64,000 nucleotides of DNA from the NCBI GenBank assembly GCA_963707025.1, contig CAVPOM010000018.1:608001-672000 (forward strand). Direction: 5' to 3'. The stretch is from an uncultured Verrucomicrobiae bacterium (GTDB lineage: Bacteria > Verrucomicrobiota > Verrucomicrobiia > Limisphaerales > Palsa-1400). A program made the position numbers and the translations under genes. Below, piece after piece: positions 20,415-30,665 of this stretch; positions within the stretch are counted from its first letter, which is position 1, and the number at the start of each line of letters is the position of its first letter. The notes beneath the pieces were generated by a model. The model did not search any database and was not told where the DNA came from. It was given only the letters and a program-made list of their open reading frames with translations.

Positions 20415-21782
20415 ATGAACCCTGCCGTTTATTTTTTGACCGGGCTGGCGGCCGGCGCGGTGGTCTTCTGGTGCCTGGGGTTTTTTTTCGGGCGGCGGTC
20501 CGGCTGGCCGGCGGACCACCGCCTGGAGGAGGAACTGCGGCAGCAGGCGCAGCAGCGGGAAAAGGAACTGGGGGAGGCCCGGCAGCAACTCAACCAAGCC
20601 GGCGCGGCGGCGGCGGCCTTGGAGGCCAGGCGCGAGGCGGCGGAGCGGTTGCTGACCGAAAGCCGGGAGCTCTACGGGCAAAACCTGCGCTCGGCCAAGG
20701 AGGGGCAGGACAAGGCCTTGGCGGATTTGCGCGAGGCCTTCCAAGCCCTGAGCGCGGAGGCGCTCAAGCAAACGGCGCCGCAGTTTTTGCAACTGGCCAA
20801 TGAAACGCTGGCCAAGTTCCAGGAGTCGGCCAAAGGGGACCTGGCCCAGCGCCAGCAAGCCATCGCCACACTGGTGCAGCCGTTGAAGGAGCAGTTGGAA
20901 ACCTACCAGAAGCGCCTGCAACAAAGTGAAACCGCCCAGGCGGCGACTCTGGGGGAAGTCAAGAAACAGATCGAAGGACTGGCCCAAAACAGCCAGGCCC
21001 TTTCCAGCGAGACCCTGCAGTTGCGCCTGGTGCTCAGTTCCAACCAGGCCCGGGGCCGCTGGGGCGAGGAAACGCTGCGGCGGGTGGTGGAGGCGGCCGG
21101 GATGAGCGCGCATTGCGATTTCCGCGAGCAAACCCAGTCTGGGGAGAGCAAGCCGGACCTGACGGTGCATCTGCCGGGCAACCGGATCATCATTGTTGAC
21201 TCAAAGGTGCCGGATTTGGATTTTCTCAAGGCCATTGACACGGCCGACCCGCGCCAGCGCGGCGAGGCCCTGGCCGCCCATGCGGCCAAGTTGAAGAGCA
21301 CGATCCGGGACCTGGCCGGGCGCGATTACCCGCGCCAGTTTCCCAACGCCCTGGATTACGTGGTGCTGTTTTTGCCGGCCGAATCGCTCTTCAGCGCCGC
21401 CCTGGAGGGGGACCGCGATTTGATTGTCTGGGCGGCGCAACGGCGGATCATGCTGGCCACGCCGGCCTCGCTCATCGGCCTGTTGCGGGCCGTGAGCGTG
21501 AGCTGGCAGCAGCAGGCCCAGAGCGAAAATGCGCGCGAGATTGCGGCGGCGGCGCAGGAGCTGTTCAGCCGCGTGGTCAAGCTCATGGAACATTTCGAGC
21601 GCATCCGGGGCGGGCTGGAAAAGGCCAACGCGGCCTACAATGACGCGGTGGGAAGCTATGAGCGGATGGTGCGGCCCACCGGCGAGCGGCTGTTGAAACT
21701 GGGCGGCAACGCCGCCGCCAAGGGGCTGGCGGATATTCAGCCGTTGGAGGCCACCCTGCGGTTGCCCCCGGCGCCGCCATGA
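20415..21782 (+). CDS. rmuC: DNA recombination protein RmuC
   Basis: N-terminal TM and coiled coil, RGRWGEETL, KPDLTVHLPG, IVDSKVP, VVLFLPAES, ATPASLIGLL. Confidence 0.95.
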   Translation: MNPAVYFLTGLAAGAVVFWCLGFFFGRRSGWPADHRLEEELRQQAQQREKELGEARQQLNQAGAAAAALEARREAAERLLTESRELYGQNLRSAKEGQDKALADLREAFQALSAEALKQTAPQFLQLANETLAKFQESAKGDLAQRQQAIATLVQPLKEQLETYQKRLQQSETAQAATLGEVKKQIEGLAQNSQALSSETLQLRLVLSSNQARGRWGEETLRRVVEAAGMSAHCDFREQTQSGESKPDLTVHLPGNRIIIVDSKVPDLDFLKAIDTADPRQRGEALAAHAAKLKSTIRDLAGRDYPRQFPNALDYVVLFLPAESLFSAALEGDRDLIVWAAQRRIMLATPASLIGLLRAVSVSWQQQAQSENAREIAAAAQELFSRVVKLMEHFERIRGGLEKANAAYNDAVGSYERMVRPTGERLLKLGGNAAAKGLADIQPLEATLRLPPAPP

Positions 21783-21793
21783 AACCGGCGGGG

Positions 21794-22058
21794 CGCCGCG
21801 ACCCTGCCAAAAACCGGGATGCGCCCGCGATGCAAACGATTGCAAACTGTTCATTGAGAATTGGTCATTTGTCATCGGCATCCGGCCAAGGTCTTCCGAT
21901 AACCAATAACAAATCTTCCATGACCAATTCTCAATCGAGTGATGCAAAGGCGCAACTCACTTTTTGGACGTTTCCCAGGCAGGGACGCCGTGCCGATTCG
22001 GAATCGGGATCAAGGCCGGCGCAACGCCGCGACCCTGCCAAAAACCGGGATGCGCCCG
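21794..22058. repeat. 34-bp direct repeat pair
   Basis: cgccgcgaccctgccaaaaaccgggatgcgcccg at 21794-21827 and 22025-22058. Confidence 0.9.
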
Positions 22059-22217
22059 GCGAGCCAGGCCTTGCATTTTAAGTCTTGAACTGGCCGGGCG
22101 GGGTCACTACCCTCTGCCTGTAAATACTGGTGACAGGCCCCGAATTTACATTTCGGGGATTTTTATTGCCGCGGCGGCAAAGAGGGCGGACGGTTGCTTG
22201 GAGCATTTAAGGAAATT

Positions 22218-23485
22218 ATGGCCAATACCATTTTAGTCGGCGCCCAATGGGGCGATGAGGGCAAAGGCAAGATCATTGATGTGCTGACCGAGAAGGCGGA
22301 CATCGTGGTGCGCACCCAGGGCGGCAACAACGCCGGCCACACCGTGTTCCTGGGCAAAAAGAAATATGTGCTGCACCTCATTCCCTCCGGCATCCTGCGC
22401 CCGGGAAAAATTTGCGTGATCGGCAACGGGGTGGTGGTGGACCCGGTGAGTCTGGTGGCGGAAATAGACGAATTGCAACGGCTGGGGGTGCGGGTCAAAC
22501 ATTTGTGCGTGAGCGAGTCGGCCCATCTGGTGCTGCCCTATCACCGCGAACTGGATTCGCAGCGGGAAATGCTCAAGGGCAAAAATAAAATCGGCACGAC
22601 CAAACGCGGCATCGGCCCGGCCTACGGCGACAAGGCGGCGCGCACCGGCCTGCGCATGATTGATCTGATCAACCCGGAGCGTTTCCGGGCGCTGCTCCGC
22701 CTCAAGATCAAGGAGAACAACGAGATCTTGCGCGCCTTCGGGGCCAGGCCGCTTTCCTTCGCCAGGGTCCACGCCGAGTACCGCGCGGCCGGGGACCGCT
22801 TGAAAGCGTTTGTCGCCAACACGGTGGTGCTGCTGCACGAGGCCACCCGGCGCAACGCCGAGATTCTTTTTGAGGGCGCGCAAGGGACCTTCCTGGATAT
22901 TGATCACGGGACCTATCCGTTTGTCACTTCCTCCAACACCACCGCGGGCGGGGCCTGCACCGGCTCGGGCGTGGCCCCGCACCGCATGGAACGGGTGGTC
23001 GGCGTGATGAAGGCTTACACCACGCGCGTGGGCGAAGGTCCGCTCCCGACCGAGAGTCGCCGAAATCGCCGATATGTTGCACGGCATGGGCCGCGAATTC
23101 GGGGCGACGACGGGACGGGCCCGGCGTTGCGGCTGGTTCGACGCGGTGGCCACGCCACTATGCCACGATTATCAACGGGATTGACGAACTGGCCGTGACC
23201 AACCTGGACGGATTGGACACGGTGGAAACGATCAAGGTGTGCATCGCCTATCGCGCCGGCTCGGCCCGGCTGGATTATATGCCGGCGGACAGCGGGTTGA
23301 TGGCCAGGTGCCAGCCGGTTTATGCCGAATTGCCCGGCTGGGGCGCGCCGACCTCGCACTGCCGCACCTGGAAGGATCTGCCCCGGCGCGCGCGCGGATA
23401 TTTGAAGGCCCTGGCGGACTTGACGGGCGCGCGGCTGCGCCTGGTTTCGGTTGGCCCGGCGCGGGCCCAGACCATAGTTGTGTGA
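22218..23485 (+). CDS. purA: Adenylosuccinate synthetase (two +1 frameshifts near 23058 and 23155)
   Basis: [44 protein letters not shown] in the +1 frame; TNLDGLD...VSVGP in the +2 frame. Confidence 0.95.
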
Positions 23486-23494
23486 GGTTTGCTT

Positions 23495-24232
23495 ATGGCG
23501 GGCGGGCCCCTTCATCTCAGCGCGCAGGCCAAGGCCACCATCCCCGGTCATGTCGCCATTATCATGGACGGCAACGGGCGCTGGGCCAAGCAACGCCATC
23601 TTCCGCGCGTGGAAGGCCATCGCCACGGGGTGGAGTCGGTGCGCGCGGTGGTGCGCGCCGCCGGCGAAGCCGGCGTCAAGCAACTGACCCTCTACGCCTT
23701 CTCGGTGGAGAACTGGAACCGGCCCAAGGACGAAGTGGACACCCTCATGCAATACCTGGCGCGGTTTCTCAAGACGGAGATCGGGGAACTGACCAAAAAC
23801 AACGTGCGGCTGGACGTGATTGGGCAGATCTACCGCCTGCCCGAATTTGTGCAGGAGCAGTTGAAGAAAACCCAGGCCGCCCTGGCGCGCAACAACGGCC
23901 TGACCTTGATCCTGGCCTTGAGTTACGGGGGGCGCACCGAGATCGTCGAGGCGGTGCGCGGCATCGCCCAGAAAATCAAGGAGGGCCAGTTGGATCCGGC
24001 CGAAATCAACGAGTCCTTGTTTTCCCAGCACCTTTACACCCGCCATTATCCGGACCCCGACCTGCTCATCCGCACCAGCGGGGAGATGCGCATCAGCAAT
24101 TTTTTGTTGTGGCAGATTTCCTACGCCGAACTGGTGGTGACGCCGACCCTCTGGCCGGATTTTCGCAAAGCCCAGTTTTTTGAGGCGCTGGAAGAATACA
24201 CCCGCCGCCACCGCCGCTTCGGCCAGGTCTGA
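23495..24232 (+). CDS. uppS: Undecaprenyl diphosphate synthase
   Basis: HVAIIMDGNGRWA, YAFSVENWNRP, YGGR, DLLIRTSGEMRISNFLLWQ. Confidence 0.97.
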   Translation: MAGGPLHLSAQAKATIPGHVAIIMDGNGRWAKQRHLPRVEGHRHGVESVRAVVRAAGEAGVKQLTLYAFSVENWNRPKDEVDTLMQYLARFLKTEIGELTKNNVRLDVIGQIYRLPEFVQEQLKKTQAALARNNGLTLILALSYGGRTEIVEAVRGIAQKIKEGQLDPAEINESLFSQHLYTRHYPDPDLLIRTSGEMRISNFLLWQISYAELVVTPTLWPDFRKAQFFEALEEYTRRHRRFGQV

Positions 24233-24287
24233 ACTCCGGCAAATCCAAGCTAGACACCTGGCGCCGGTTCGTTAATTTTCCCTGCTG

Positions 24288-25202
24288 ATGCCAGAACCTG
24301 CGCCAGCGCCGCCCTCCCCGCCGTCCAAGGCGGCCATCTTCCTGCGGCGTCTGACCAGTTTTGTCATCCTCTGGACCATTGTGCTGGTGGCGCTCTTTTC
24401 GCCCTACAAGATGGTGTCGGATTATTTTTTCCTGCTCATCCTGATGTTTCTGGCGGCGGCGGGTCTGATGGAGTTTTACGGGATGGTGGGCAAATTGGGG
24501 CATCAATGTTACGCCGGATGCGGCGTGTTTGCCGGCCTGCTCCTGCTGGCGGCCACGTTCGTGGATTGTTCGGGAGAATTGGGCCATGCCGCCGGACCGT
24601 CGCGGGTCAACGATTTTGAAAGCAGTTTTTTCATCCTTTTCGTCCTGGGATTGTGCATCCGCCAATTTGTTTCCCGGCACACCACCACCGGAATCGTGGC
24701 CATCGCCACCACGCTGTTGGGGCTGATGTACGTGCCCTGGCTGCTGAACTTCATCCAAAAAATCAATTTCTTCACTCCCAACGTGGAGGGCCATTATTAC
24801 CTGCTCTATTTTGTGGTGGTGACCAAGTTCAGCGATTGCGGGGCTTACCTGGTGGGATCGCTCATTGGCAGGCATAAAATGATTCCCCGCATCAGCCCCG
24901 GCAAAACCTGGGAGGGCTTCGCCGGCGCGGTCCTTGTTGCCACCGCCGCCAGCGTGCTTTTTGCCTCTGTGGCGGGCGGGCATCTGGCCGGGATGACCCT
25001 GGGCCATGCCGTCATTCTGGGGGTGATGTTGGGCCTGTCGGCCGTGGTGGGCGATTTGATCGAATCCCTTTTTAAGCGGGAGGCCGGCTTAAAGGATTCG
25101 GGCCGTCTGTTTCCCGGCATCGGCGGAATTCTGGACTTGCTGGACAGTTTGCTCTTCAATGCCCCGTTGATGTATTTGTATTTGCGCCACATTCTGACCT
25201 GA
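24288..25202 (+). CDS. cdsA: Phosphatidate cytidylyltransferase
   Basis: SDCGAY..G..IGRHK, ISPGKTWEG, GDLIESLFKREAGLKDSG...PGIGGILD. Confidence 0.96.
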   Translation: MPEPAPAPPSPPSKAAIFLRRLTSFVILWTIVLVALFSPYKMVSDYFFLLILMFLAAAGLMEFYGMVGKLGHQCYAGCGVFAGLLLLAATFVDCSGELGHAAGPSRVNDFESSFFILFVLGLCIRQFVSRHTTTGIVAIATTLLGLMYVPWLLNFIQKINFFTPNVEGHYYLLYFVVVTKFSDCGAYLVGSLIGRHKMIPRISPGKTWEGFAGAVLVATAASVLFASVAGGHLAGMTLGHAVILGVMLGLSAVVGDLIESLFKREAGLKDSGRLFPGIGGILDLLDSLLFNAPLMYLYLRHILT

Positions 25203-26339
25203 TGAAGAACGTAGTATTGCTCGGCTCGACCGGCTCCATCGGCACCAGCACCATCAAGGTGGCGCAGGATTTGCCCGACCGCATCCGCCTGGCCGGCCTG
25301 GCGGCGGGCCACAATGCCGAACTGCTCCTCCAGCAAACCCTGCAACATCGTCCGCGGGCCATATCCATCGGCGATCCGGTCCAGGCCGCGGGCTTGGAGA
25401 GCAGGCTCGGCGCTTCGGTCCAGGTTTTTTCGGGCGACGATGGCTTGCTCAAACTAGCCACCCTGCCGGGGGCGGACATTGTCTCTGATCGCGATTTCGG
25501 GCACGGCGGGTTTGCAGCCGGCGCTGGCGGCCATCCGCGCGGGCAAGGACATCGCGGTGGCTTCCAAGGAAATCCTGGTCATGGCGGGGGAGACGATCAT
25601 GCGCGAGGCGCGCGAACATGGCGTGCGCGTCCTGGCGGTGGACAGCGAACATTCGGCCATTTTCCAATGCCTGGACGGCAAGCCCGCCGATTCGGTGCGC
25701 GCCCTTTGGCTGACGGCTTCGGGCGGTCCCTTCCGCGCCACGGCCAGGGAGGAATTTCCCGGCATCACGGTGGAGCGGGCCTTGCAGCATCCCTCCTGGG
25801 TGATGGGCCGGAAGATCACGATTGATTCGGCAACACTTTTCAACAAGGGCCTGGAAATGATCGAAGCCCGCTGGCTCTTCGACATCGAAATCGGCCGGGT
25901 GCAGGTGGTGGTCCATCCCCAGAGCGTGGTGCATTCCCTGGTCGAGTTTGTGGACGGTTCCATCATCGCCCAGTTGTCCACGCCGGACATGTGCCTGCCC
26001 ATTCAATATGCCCTGACCTATCCGGACCGGGTATTGAGCAACCGGGTGCAAACGGACCTGGCCGCGCTGGGGCAACTGACCTTTGAGCCGCCTGACCCCG
26101 AACGGTTTCCCGCGCTCAAGCTGGCCCGCCAGGCGGGCGAGATGGGCGGGACCCTGCCGGCCGTCTTGAACGCCGCCAATGAAGTCGCCGTGGACGCCTT
26201 CATCAACCGGCGCATTAACTTTCCGCAGATCAGCGAGTTGGTGGCCCGCGTCATGTCCCGCCATGACGTGGTGAAACACCCGGACCTGACCCGCATCCTG
26301 GCGGCCGATCTCTGGGCGCGCGAAGAAGCGGGCCGTTGA
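25202..26339 (+). CDS. dxr: 1-deoxy-D-xylulose 5-phosphate reductoisomerase (frameshift near 25483)
   Basis: LGSTGSIG in one frame; VDSEHSAIFQ, LTASGGPF, MGRKITIDSAT, NAANE in the shifted frame. Confidence 0.95.
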
Positions 26340-26405
26340 CGCGTGCCAGGCCAAGGGGTCGCCCATCAGGGCGGTTTAAGAAATTGTGCAGCCCTAGATG
26401 AGGAT

Positions 26406-26460
26406 GGCAGGGCGCGCACTCCGTGCGCGCCGCGGCGGGCAACGGAGTGCCCGCCCTACC
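26406..26460. repeat. REP-like palindromic element (GGYAGGG...CCCTACC family)
   Basis: ggcagggcgcgcactccgtgcgcgccgcggcgggcaacggagtgcccgccctacc, lying between convergent genes. Confidence 0.7.
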
Positions 26461-26530
26461 GCGTAATGCGGCGACAGTATTTGTGAAACCGCTCTTGGGC
26501 TTGGTGTCAACAGGCGAAACGATTTTGTCC

Positions 26531-27319
26531 TCAATTTTCTTTATTGAGTTCTTCCCGGGCCCCCATCCCTTTATCATTTATCATTTCCGCATCCCGCGCC
26601 ACCAGCACCACAAACTCCCCCTTGGCCGGCCGCTGCTCCATCTCCAGCAACAATGCGGCCGGGCGGCCTGTCTTGAATTCCTCAAATTTCTTGGTCAGCT
26701 CCCGCGCCAGCACCACCTTTCTTTCCGGATACACTCCAGCCAGTTCCGCCAGCAGCTTCACGATCCGATGCGGTGATTCGTACAAAACCAGCGTGCCCGG
26801 AACCTCTTTCACCGCCTCAAGCTGGCGCCGCCGCCGACCCGGTTTATGCGGCAAAAATCCCAGGAAATGGAACTCGTCCGCCGGCAAACCGCTCGCGCTC
26901 AAGGCCGCCACCAGCGCGCACGGCCCCGGCACCGGCTCCACCCGGCACCCGCCCGCCAGCGCCCATTTCACCACCCGCTCCCCCGGATCGCTGATGCCGG
27001 GCGTTCCGGCGTCCGTCACCAGCGCGATCTTCTCCCCCCGCCGCAACCGCTCCACGATTTCCCGGCTGCGCGCCGCCTCGTTAAATTGAAAACAACTCAA
27101 CATCGGCTTGGAAATGCCAAAGTGTTTCAGGAGCCGTCCGGTGTGGCGGGTGTCTTCCGCCGCCACCAGGTCGCACTCCTTGAGCACCCGCAAGGCCCGC
27201 AGCGTCACATCCTCCAAATTCCCGATGGGCGTCGCCACCAGGTAAAGCGTGCCCGGCCGCAGCGGCGGCAATCCGGACGAAACATCCTGCTCAATCCTGT
27301 CCTGGCTTTCTTCCATCAT
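26531..27319 (-). CDS. rsmI: 16S rRNA C1402 2'-O-methyltransferase
   Basis: LYLVATPIGNLEDVTLRA, AEDTRHT, DAGTPGISDPG, YESPHR, ARELTKKFEE. Confidence 0.96.
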   Translation of the reverse strand: MMEESQDRIEQDVSSGLPPLRPGTLYLVATPIGNLEDVTLRALRVLKECDLVAAEDTRHTGRLLKHFGISKPMLSCFQFNEAARSREIVERLRRGEKIALVTDAGTPGISDPGERVVKWALAGGCRVEPVPGPCALVAALSASGLPADEFHFLGFLPHKPGRRRRQLEAVKEVPGTLVLYESPHRIVKLLAELAGVYPERKVVLARELTKKFEEFKTGRPAALLLEMEQRPAKGEFVVLVARDAEMINDKGMGAREELNKEN

Positions 27320-27373
27320 GGCTTCTTCATTTTGCCTTTTGCCTTTTGCCTGTGATCCTAGCACAATCCTGCT

Positions 27374-27979
27374 GTGAAACAATGCGTTGTCGTGCTGGAT
27401 CTGGAAGGCGTGCTCGTGCCGGAAATCTGGATTTCCGTCGCCGAGAAAACCCGGATCCCCGAACTCCGCCGCACCACCCGCGACGAGCCGGACTACGACA
27501 AGCTCATGCTCGGCCGGCTCAAAATCCTCGATGAGCACGGCCTCAAATTGGCCGACATCCAGGACACCATCGCCACCTTGAAACCTCTGGACGGCGCGCT
27601 GGATTTTTTGCGCCAGCTCCGCGCCCTCACCCAGGTCATCGTCCTCTCCGACACCTTTGAAGAATTCGCCAAGCCGCTCATGCGCCAATTGGAGTGGCCC
27701 GCCATTTTCTGCAACCACCTGGTCATCGAGGACGGCAGAATCGCCGGCTACAAGATGCGCCAGCCCCAGCCCAAGCGCAGTTCGGTGACCGCCTTGAAAA
27801 GCCTGAACTATTTCGTCATCGCCGCCGGCGATTCCTTCAACGACACCGCCATGCTCCTGGAAGCCCACGCCGGTTTTTTCTTCCGCGCCCCCGCAGCGAT
27901 CCGGGCGCAATTCCCCCAATTCCCGCCCTTGGAGAGTTACCCCGATTTGATGCAGGCCATCCAGCGGGCCATGGCCTAG
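27374..27979 (+). CDS. thrH: Bifunctional phosphoserine phosphatase/homoserine phosphotransferase
   Basis: LDLEGVLVPEIW, TTRDEPDYDKLM, LSDTFEEFA, AAGDSFNDTAML. Confidence 0.95.
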   Translation: MKQCVVVLDLEGVLVPEIWISVAEKTRIPELRRTTRDEPDYDKLMLGRLKILDEHGLKLADIQDTIATLKPLDGALDFLRQLRALTQVIVLSDTFEEFAKPLMRQLEWPAIFCNHLVIEDGRIAGYKMRQPQPKRSSVTALKSLNYFVIAAGDSFNDTAMLLEAHAGFFFRAPAAIRAQFPQFPPLESYPDLMQAIQRAMA

Positions 27980-27985
27980 AATTCT

Positions 27986-28966
27986 TCAATCCTCCTGCTT
28001 CATATCCCGGCTCATGAGGGACTGCACGGCCTGGCGGACATTCTTGTGTTCATAAAGCATGGCAAAGACTTCCCGCACGATGGGCGTCTCGATTTCCAGC
28101 CGGCCCGCCAAATGATGGGCCGCGCGCGCCGTCGGATAGCCTTCCGCCACCGCCACCGCGCCGGCCACAATGTCCTCCACCTTTTCCCCGCGGCCGACCC
28201 GTTCGCCAAAACGGCGGTTCCGGCTCAAGCGCGAAAAGCAGGTCACGGTCAAATCCCCCAACCCGCTCAAGCCGGAAAAGGTTTCCGCGCTGGCGCCGCA
28301 AGCCACCCCCAGCCGCCGGATTTCCGCCATGGCCCGGGTGATCAGCGCCGCCTTGGTGTTGTCGCCGAAGCCCAGCCCGTCCCCCACCCCGGCCGCGATC
28401 GCCACCACATTTTTCAACGCCCCGCCCAACTCCACCCCCAGCACATCGCGGCTGGTATAAACCCGGAAAGTCGGGCGATGGAAAAGAAGCTGGATTTTTT
28501 TGGCGAGGGCCGGGTCCGGATGCGCGGCCACAATGGCGCCGGGAATTCCCTGCGCCACCTCCAGCGCGAAACTCGGCCCCGACAACACCCCCGCCGCCGC
28601 CTCCGGCATGGTGGCGCGCAAAATGCCCGACATGGTCAGCCCCGTTTCATCTTCAATTCCCTTGGTCACGCTCACGGCAATTCCCCGGAACCAGGGAAGG
28701 CGCGCCGAGACTTCGCGCAGGAATTTCGAGGGCACAGCCACCACCAGGCACTCCCTGGCCGCCGCGGCCGCCAGCAGGTCCGGCTCGTAGCGCAATTGGG
28801 CCGAGAGTTGAATGCCGGGCAAAAAAACCTCGTTGCGCCCCGTGCGCTGCACCTCCCGCAGCAGGGCCGGTTCATTGCCCCACAGCGTGACCTCGTTGCC
28901 GTTTTGGCACAGCAAGTCGGCCAAAGCGGTCCCCCAAGCCCCGGCGCCGATGACCGTGACTTTCAT
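27986..28966 (-). CDS. gpsA: NAD(P)H-dependent glycerol-3-phosphate dehydrogenase
   Basis: GAGAWGTALA, TKGIE, LSGPSFA, GGALKNVVAIAAG, GLGDL..TC.S..SRN. Confidence 0.97.
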   Translation of the reverse strand: MKVTVIGAGAWGTALADLLCQNGNEVTLWGNEPALLREVQRTGRNEVFLPGIQLSAQLRYEPDLLAAAAARECLVVAVPSKFLREVSARLPWFRGIAVSVTKGIEDETGLTMSGILRATMPEAAAGVLSGPSFALEVAQGIPGAIVAAHPDPALAKKIQLLFHRPTFRVYTSRDVLGVELGGALKNVVAIAAGVGDGLGFGDNTKAALITRAMAEIRRLGVACGASAETFSGLSGLGDLTVTCFSRLSRNRRFGERVGRGEKVEDIVAGAVAVAEGYPTARAAHHLAGRLEIETPIVREVFAMLYEHKNVRQAVQSLMSRDMKQED

Positions 28967-29595
28967 GGCGAGGCCTGGTGTTTTTTGGCCACGGCGCGAT
29001 TTTCCGTTCCGTCGAGCAGGCGTCGCATATTGGCCTTGTGCTTGTAAATGGCCAGCACGGCCAGGGCGGTCATCACCAAAGTCATTTTGCTCCCGTAGTG
29101 AAAACACCAGACGGCCACCGGCAACACGACCGCCGCCGCGATTGAAGCCACCGAGACATAGCGGGTGGAGACAAAAACAATCCCCCAAATCGCCAGGGTG
29201 GCCGCGCAAGCCACCGGCGCCCAGGCCAACCCCACGCCCGCCAACGTCGCGATCCCCTTGCCCCCTTTGAATTTGAGCCAGCAAGTATAGACATGGCCCA
29301 ACACCGCCGCCACCCCCGCCGCCAGCGCCAGATTGTCCGGCGAGGCTCCGGGAGAACATTTCTCCGCCAGCAACGGAACCCACCTGGCCGCCGCGAAACC
29401 TTTGACCCCATCCAAGGCCAGCACCGAGATGCCGGCGGCGGTTCCCAGCACGCGAAAGACATTGGTCGCCCCGATATTGCCGCTGCCCGCCGTGCGGATG
29501 TCTATCCCGCGCGCCATCCCCGCCACATACCCGGTGGGCAGCGAGCCGATCAAGTACGAGATCACCACGGTCAGACTGTAAGCGCCGATTTGCAA
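28963..29595 (-). CDS. plsY: Glycerol-3-phosphate acyltransferase
   Basis: SYLIGS, GSGNIGATN, LGH...FKGGKGIAT, HKANMRRL. Start uncertain (TTG 29595). Confidence 0.95.
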   Translation of the reverse strand: MQIGAYSLTVVISYLIGSLPTGYVAGMARGIDIRTAGSGNIGATNVFRVLGTAAGISVLALDGVKGFAAARWVPLLAEKCSPGASPDNLALAAGVAAVLGHVYTCWLKFKGGKGIATLAGVGLAWAPVACAATLAIWGIVFVSTRYVSVASIAAAVVLPVAVWCFHYGSKMTLVMTALAVLAIYKHKANMRRLLDGTENRAVAKKHQASP

Positions 29596-29801
29596 GCAAC
29601 TCCAAAAAACAAGGTTCTCCACTTCCAAACGCAATCCCGCCAGAAGAATGCCGTCCCTCTTCAAAGTATAAAGTTAAAAATCATCGCCTTCCATCGCCCG
29701 CAAAACGGCCTGGACAAACCCGCGCATTTCCCCTACCCTCTTTCTTGCGCTTATGGAACCGGAGCGAGATTTTCAACCTGCTGGAAAAGGGACCGGGTAA
29801 C

Positions 29802-30590
29802 ATGCACGGCCCCTCCCACAACCCCACCCCCGCGGGCGCGCCAAATGGGGAGCATGGCGCGCGGGGCGGCGGCTTTACTTTGATTGAATTGCTCGTCGTC
29901 GTGGCCATTATCGCCATTCTCGCCTCGCTGTTGTTGCCGGTCTTGGGCAAGGCCAAGAACCACGCGGGCAAAGTCACCGACATGGATAATCTCCACCAAA
30001 TCATGGTGGCGGTCCACCTCTACTGCTCCGACAACAGCGATGTCCTGCCGCCGCCCAATTGGGACGGCGGCGGTTCTGCTTCCGACCCGCACAGCACCAA
30101 CACCGGCTGGCTCTACGCCGTCAATTTGAACGTCCCGGACAACACCGCCAGATTTGTCGTCCAAACCGGATTGTTGTGGAACACCCTGCGCATCGCCAAA
30201 GTCTATTTTTGTCCGATGGATAATCCATCTCTTCCCGTCCTTTCCGTCAGGGACCAGCGGGTGGAGACCCGCCCGCAACAGATTTCCAGTTATGCCATGA
30301 ACGGCGGCATCGTGGATTATTTTAACGAGATTTATCCGCCCGTGAAACTGTCGGCGATGGACTCGGAAGCCTGCGCCTTCTGGGAAACCGACGAGAATGA
30401 ACCGCAGTTTTTCAACGATGGCGCCAACTTTCCGTCCGAAGGTGTCAGTGGCCGCCACTTGGCCGGCGGCGTTCAAGCCTTGTTCGACACTTCGGTCAGT
30501 TACGTCAAAACCAACTTGTGGTATCAGGACGTTTACTCCACCAATAAAAACCGCCTCTGGTGCTATCCCAACACCGTCAATGGCCGGTGA
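29802..30590 (+). CDS. Prepilin-type N-terminal cleavage/methylation domain protein (PVC DUF1559-like)
   Basis: GFTLIELLVVVAIIAILASLLLPVLGKAK, CPMD, SSYAMN, RH..G....FD. Confidence 0.88.
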   Translation: MHGPSHNPTPAGAPNGEHGARGGGFTLIELLVVVAIIAILASLLLPVLGKAKNHAGKVTDMDNLHQIMVAVHLYCSDNSDVLPPPNWDGGGSASDPHSTNTGWLYAVNLNVPDNTARFVVQTGLLWNTLRIAKVYFCPMDNPSLPVLSVRDQRVETRPQQISSYAMNGGIVDYFNEIYPPVKLSAMDSEACAFWETDENEPQFFNDGANFPSEGVSGRHLAGGVQALFDTSVSYVKTNLWYQDVYSTNKNRLWCYPNTVNGR

Positions 30591-30665
30591 AGACCCGCCT
30601 CCGCCAGCGCCGCCGGCCCGCAGTCCTGAATTGCCATCCCGCCCGTTTCATTCCAGTCTCTCCCC

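Noticed and set aside
22218..26339. Programmed frameshifting or pseudogenisation of purA and dxr
   Set aside because: No slippery heptamers; these are core genes with intact motifs on both sides, so sequencing error is simpler.
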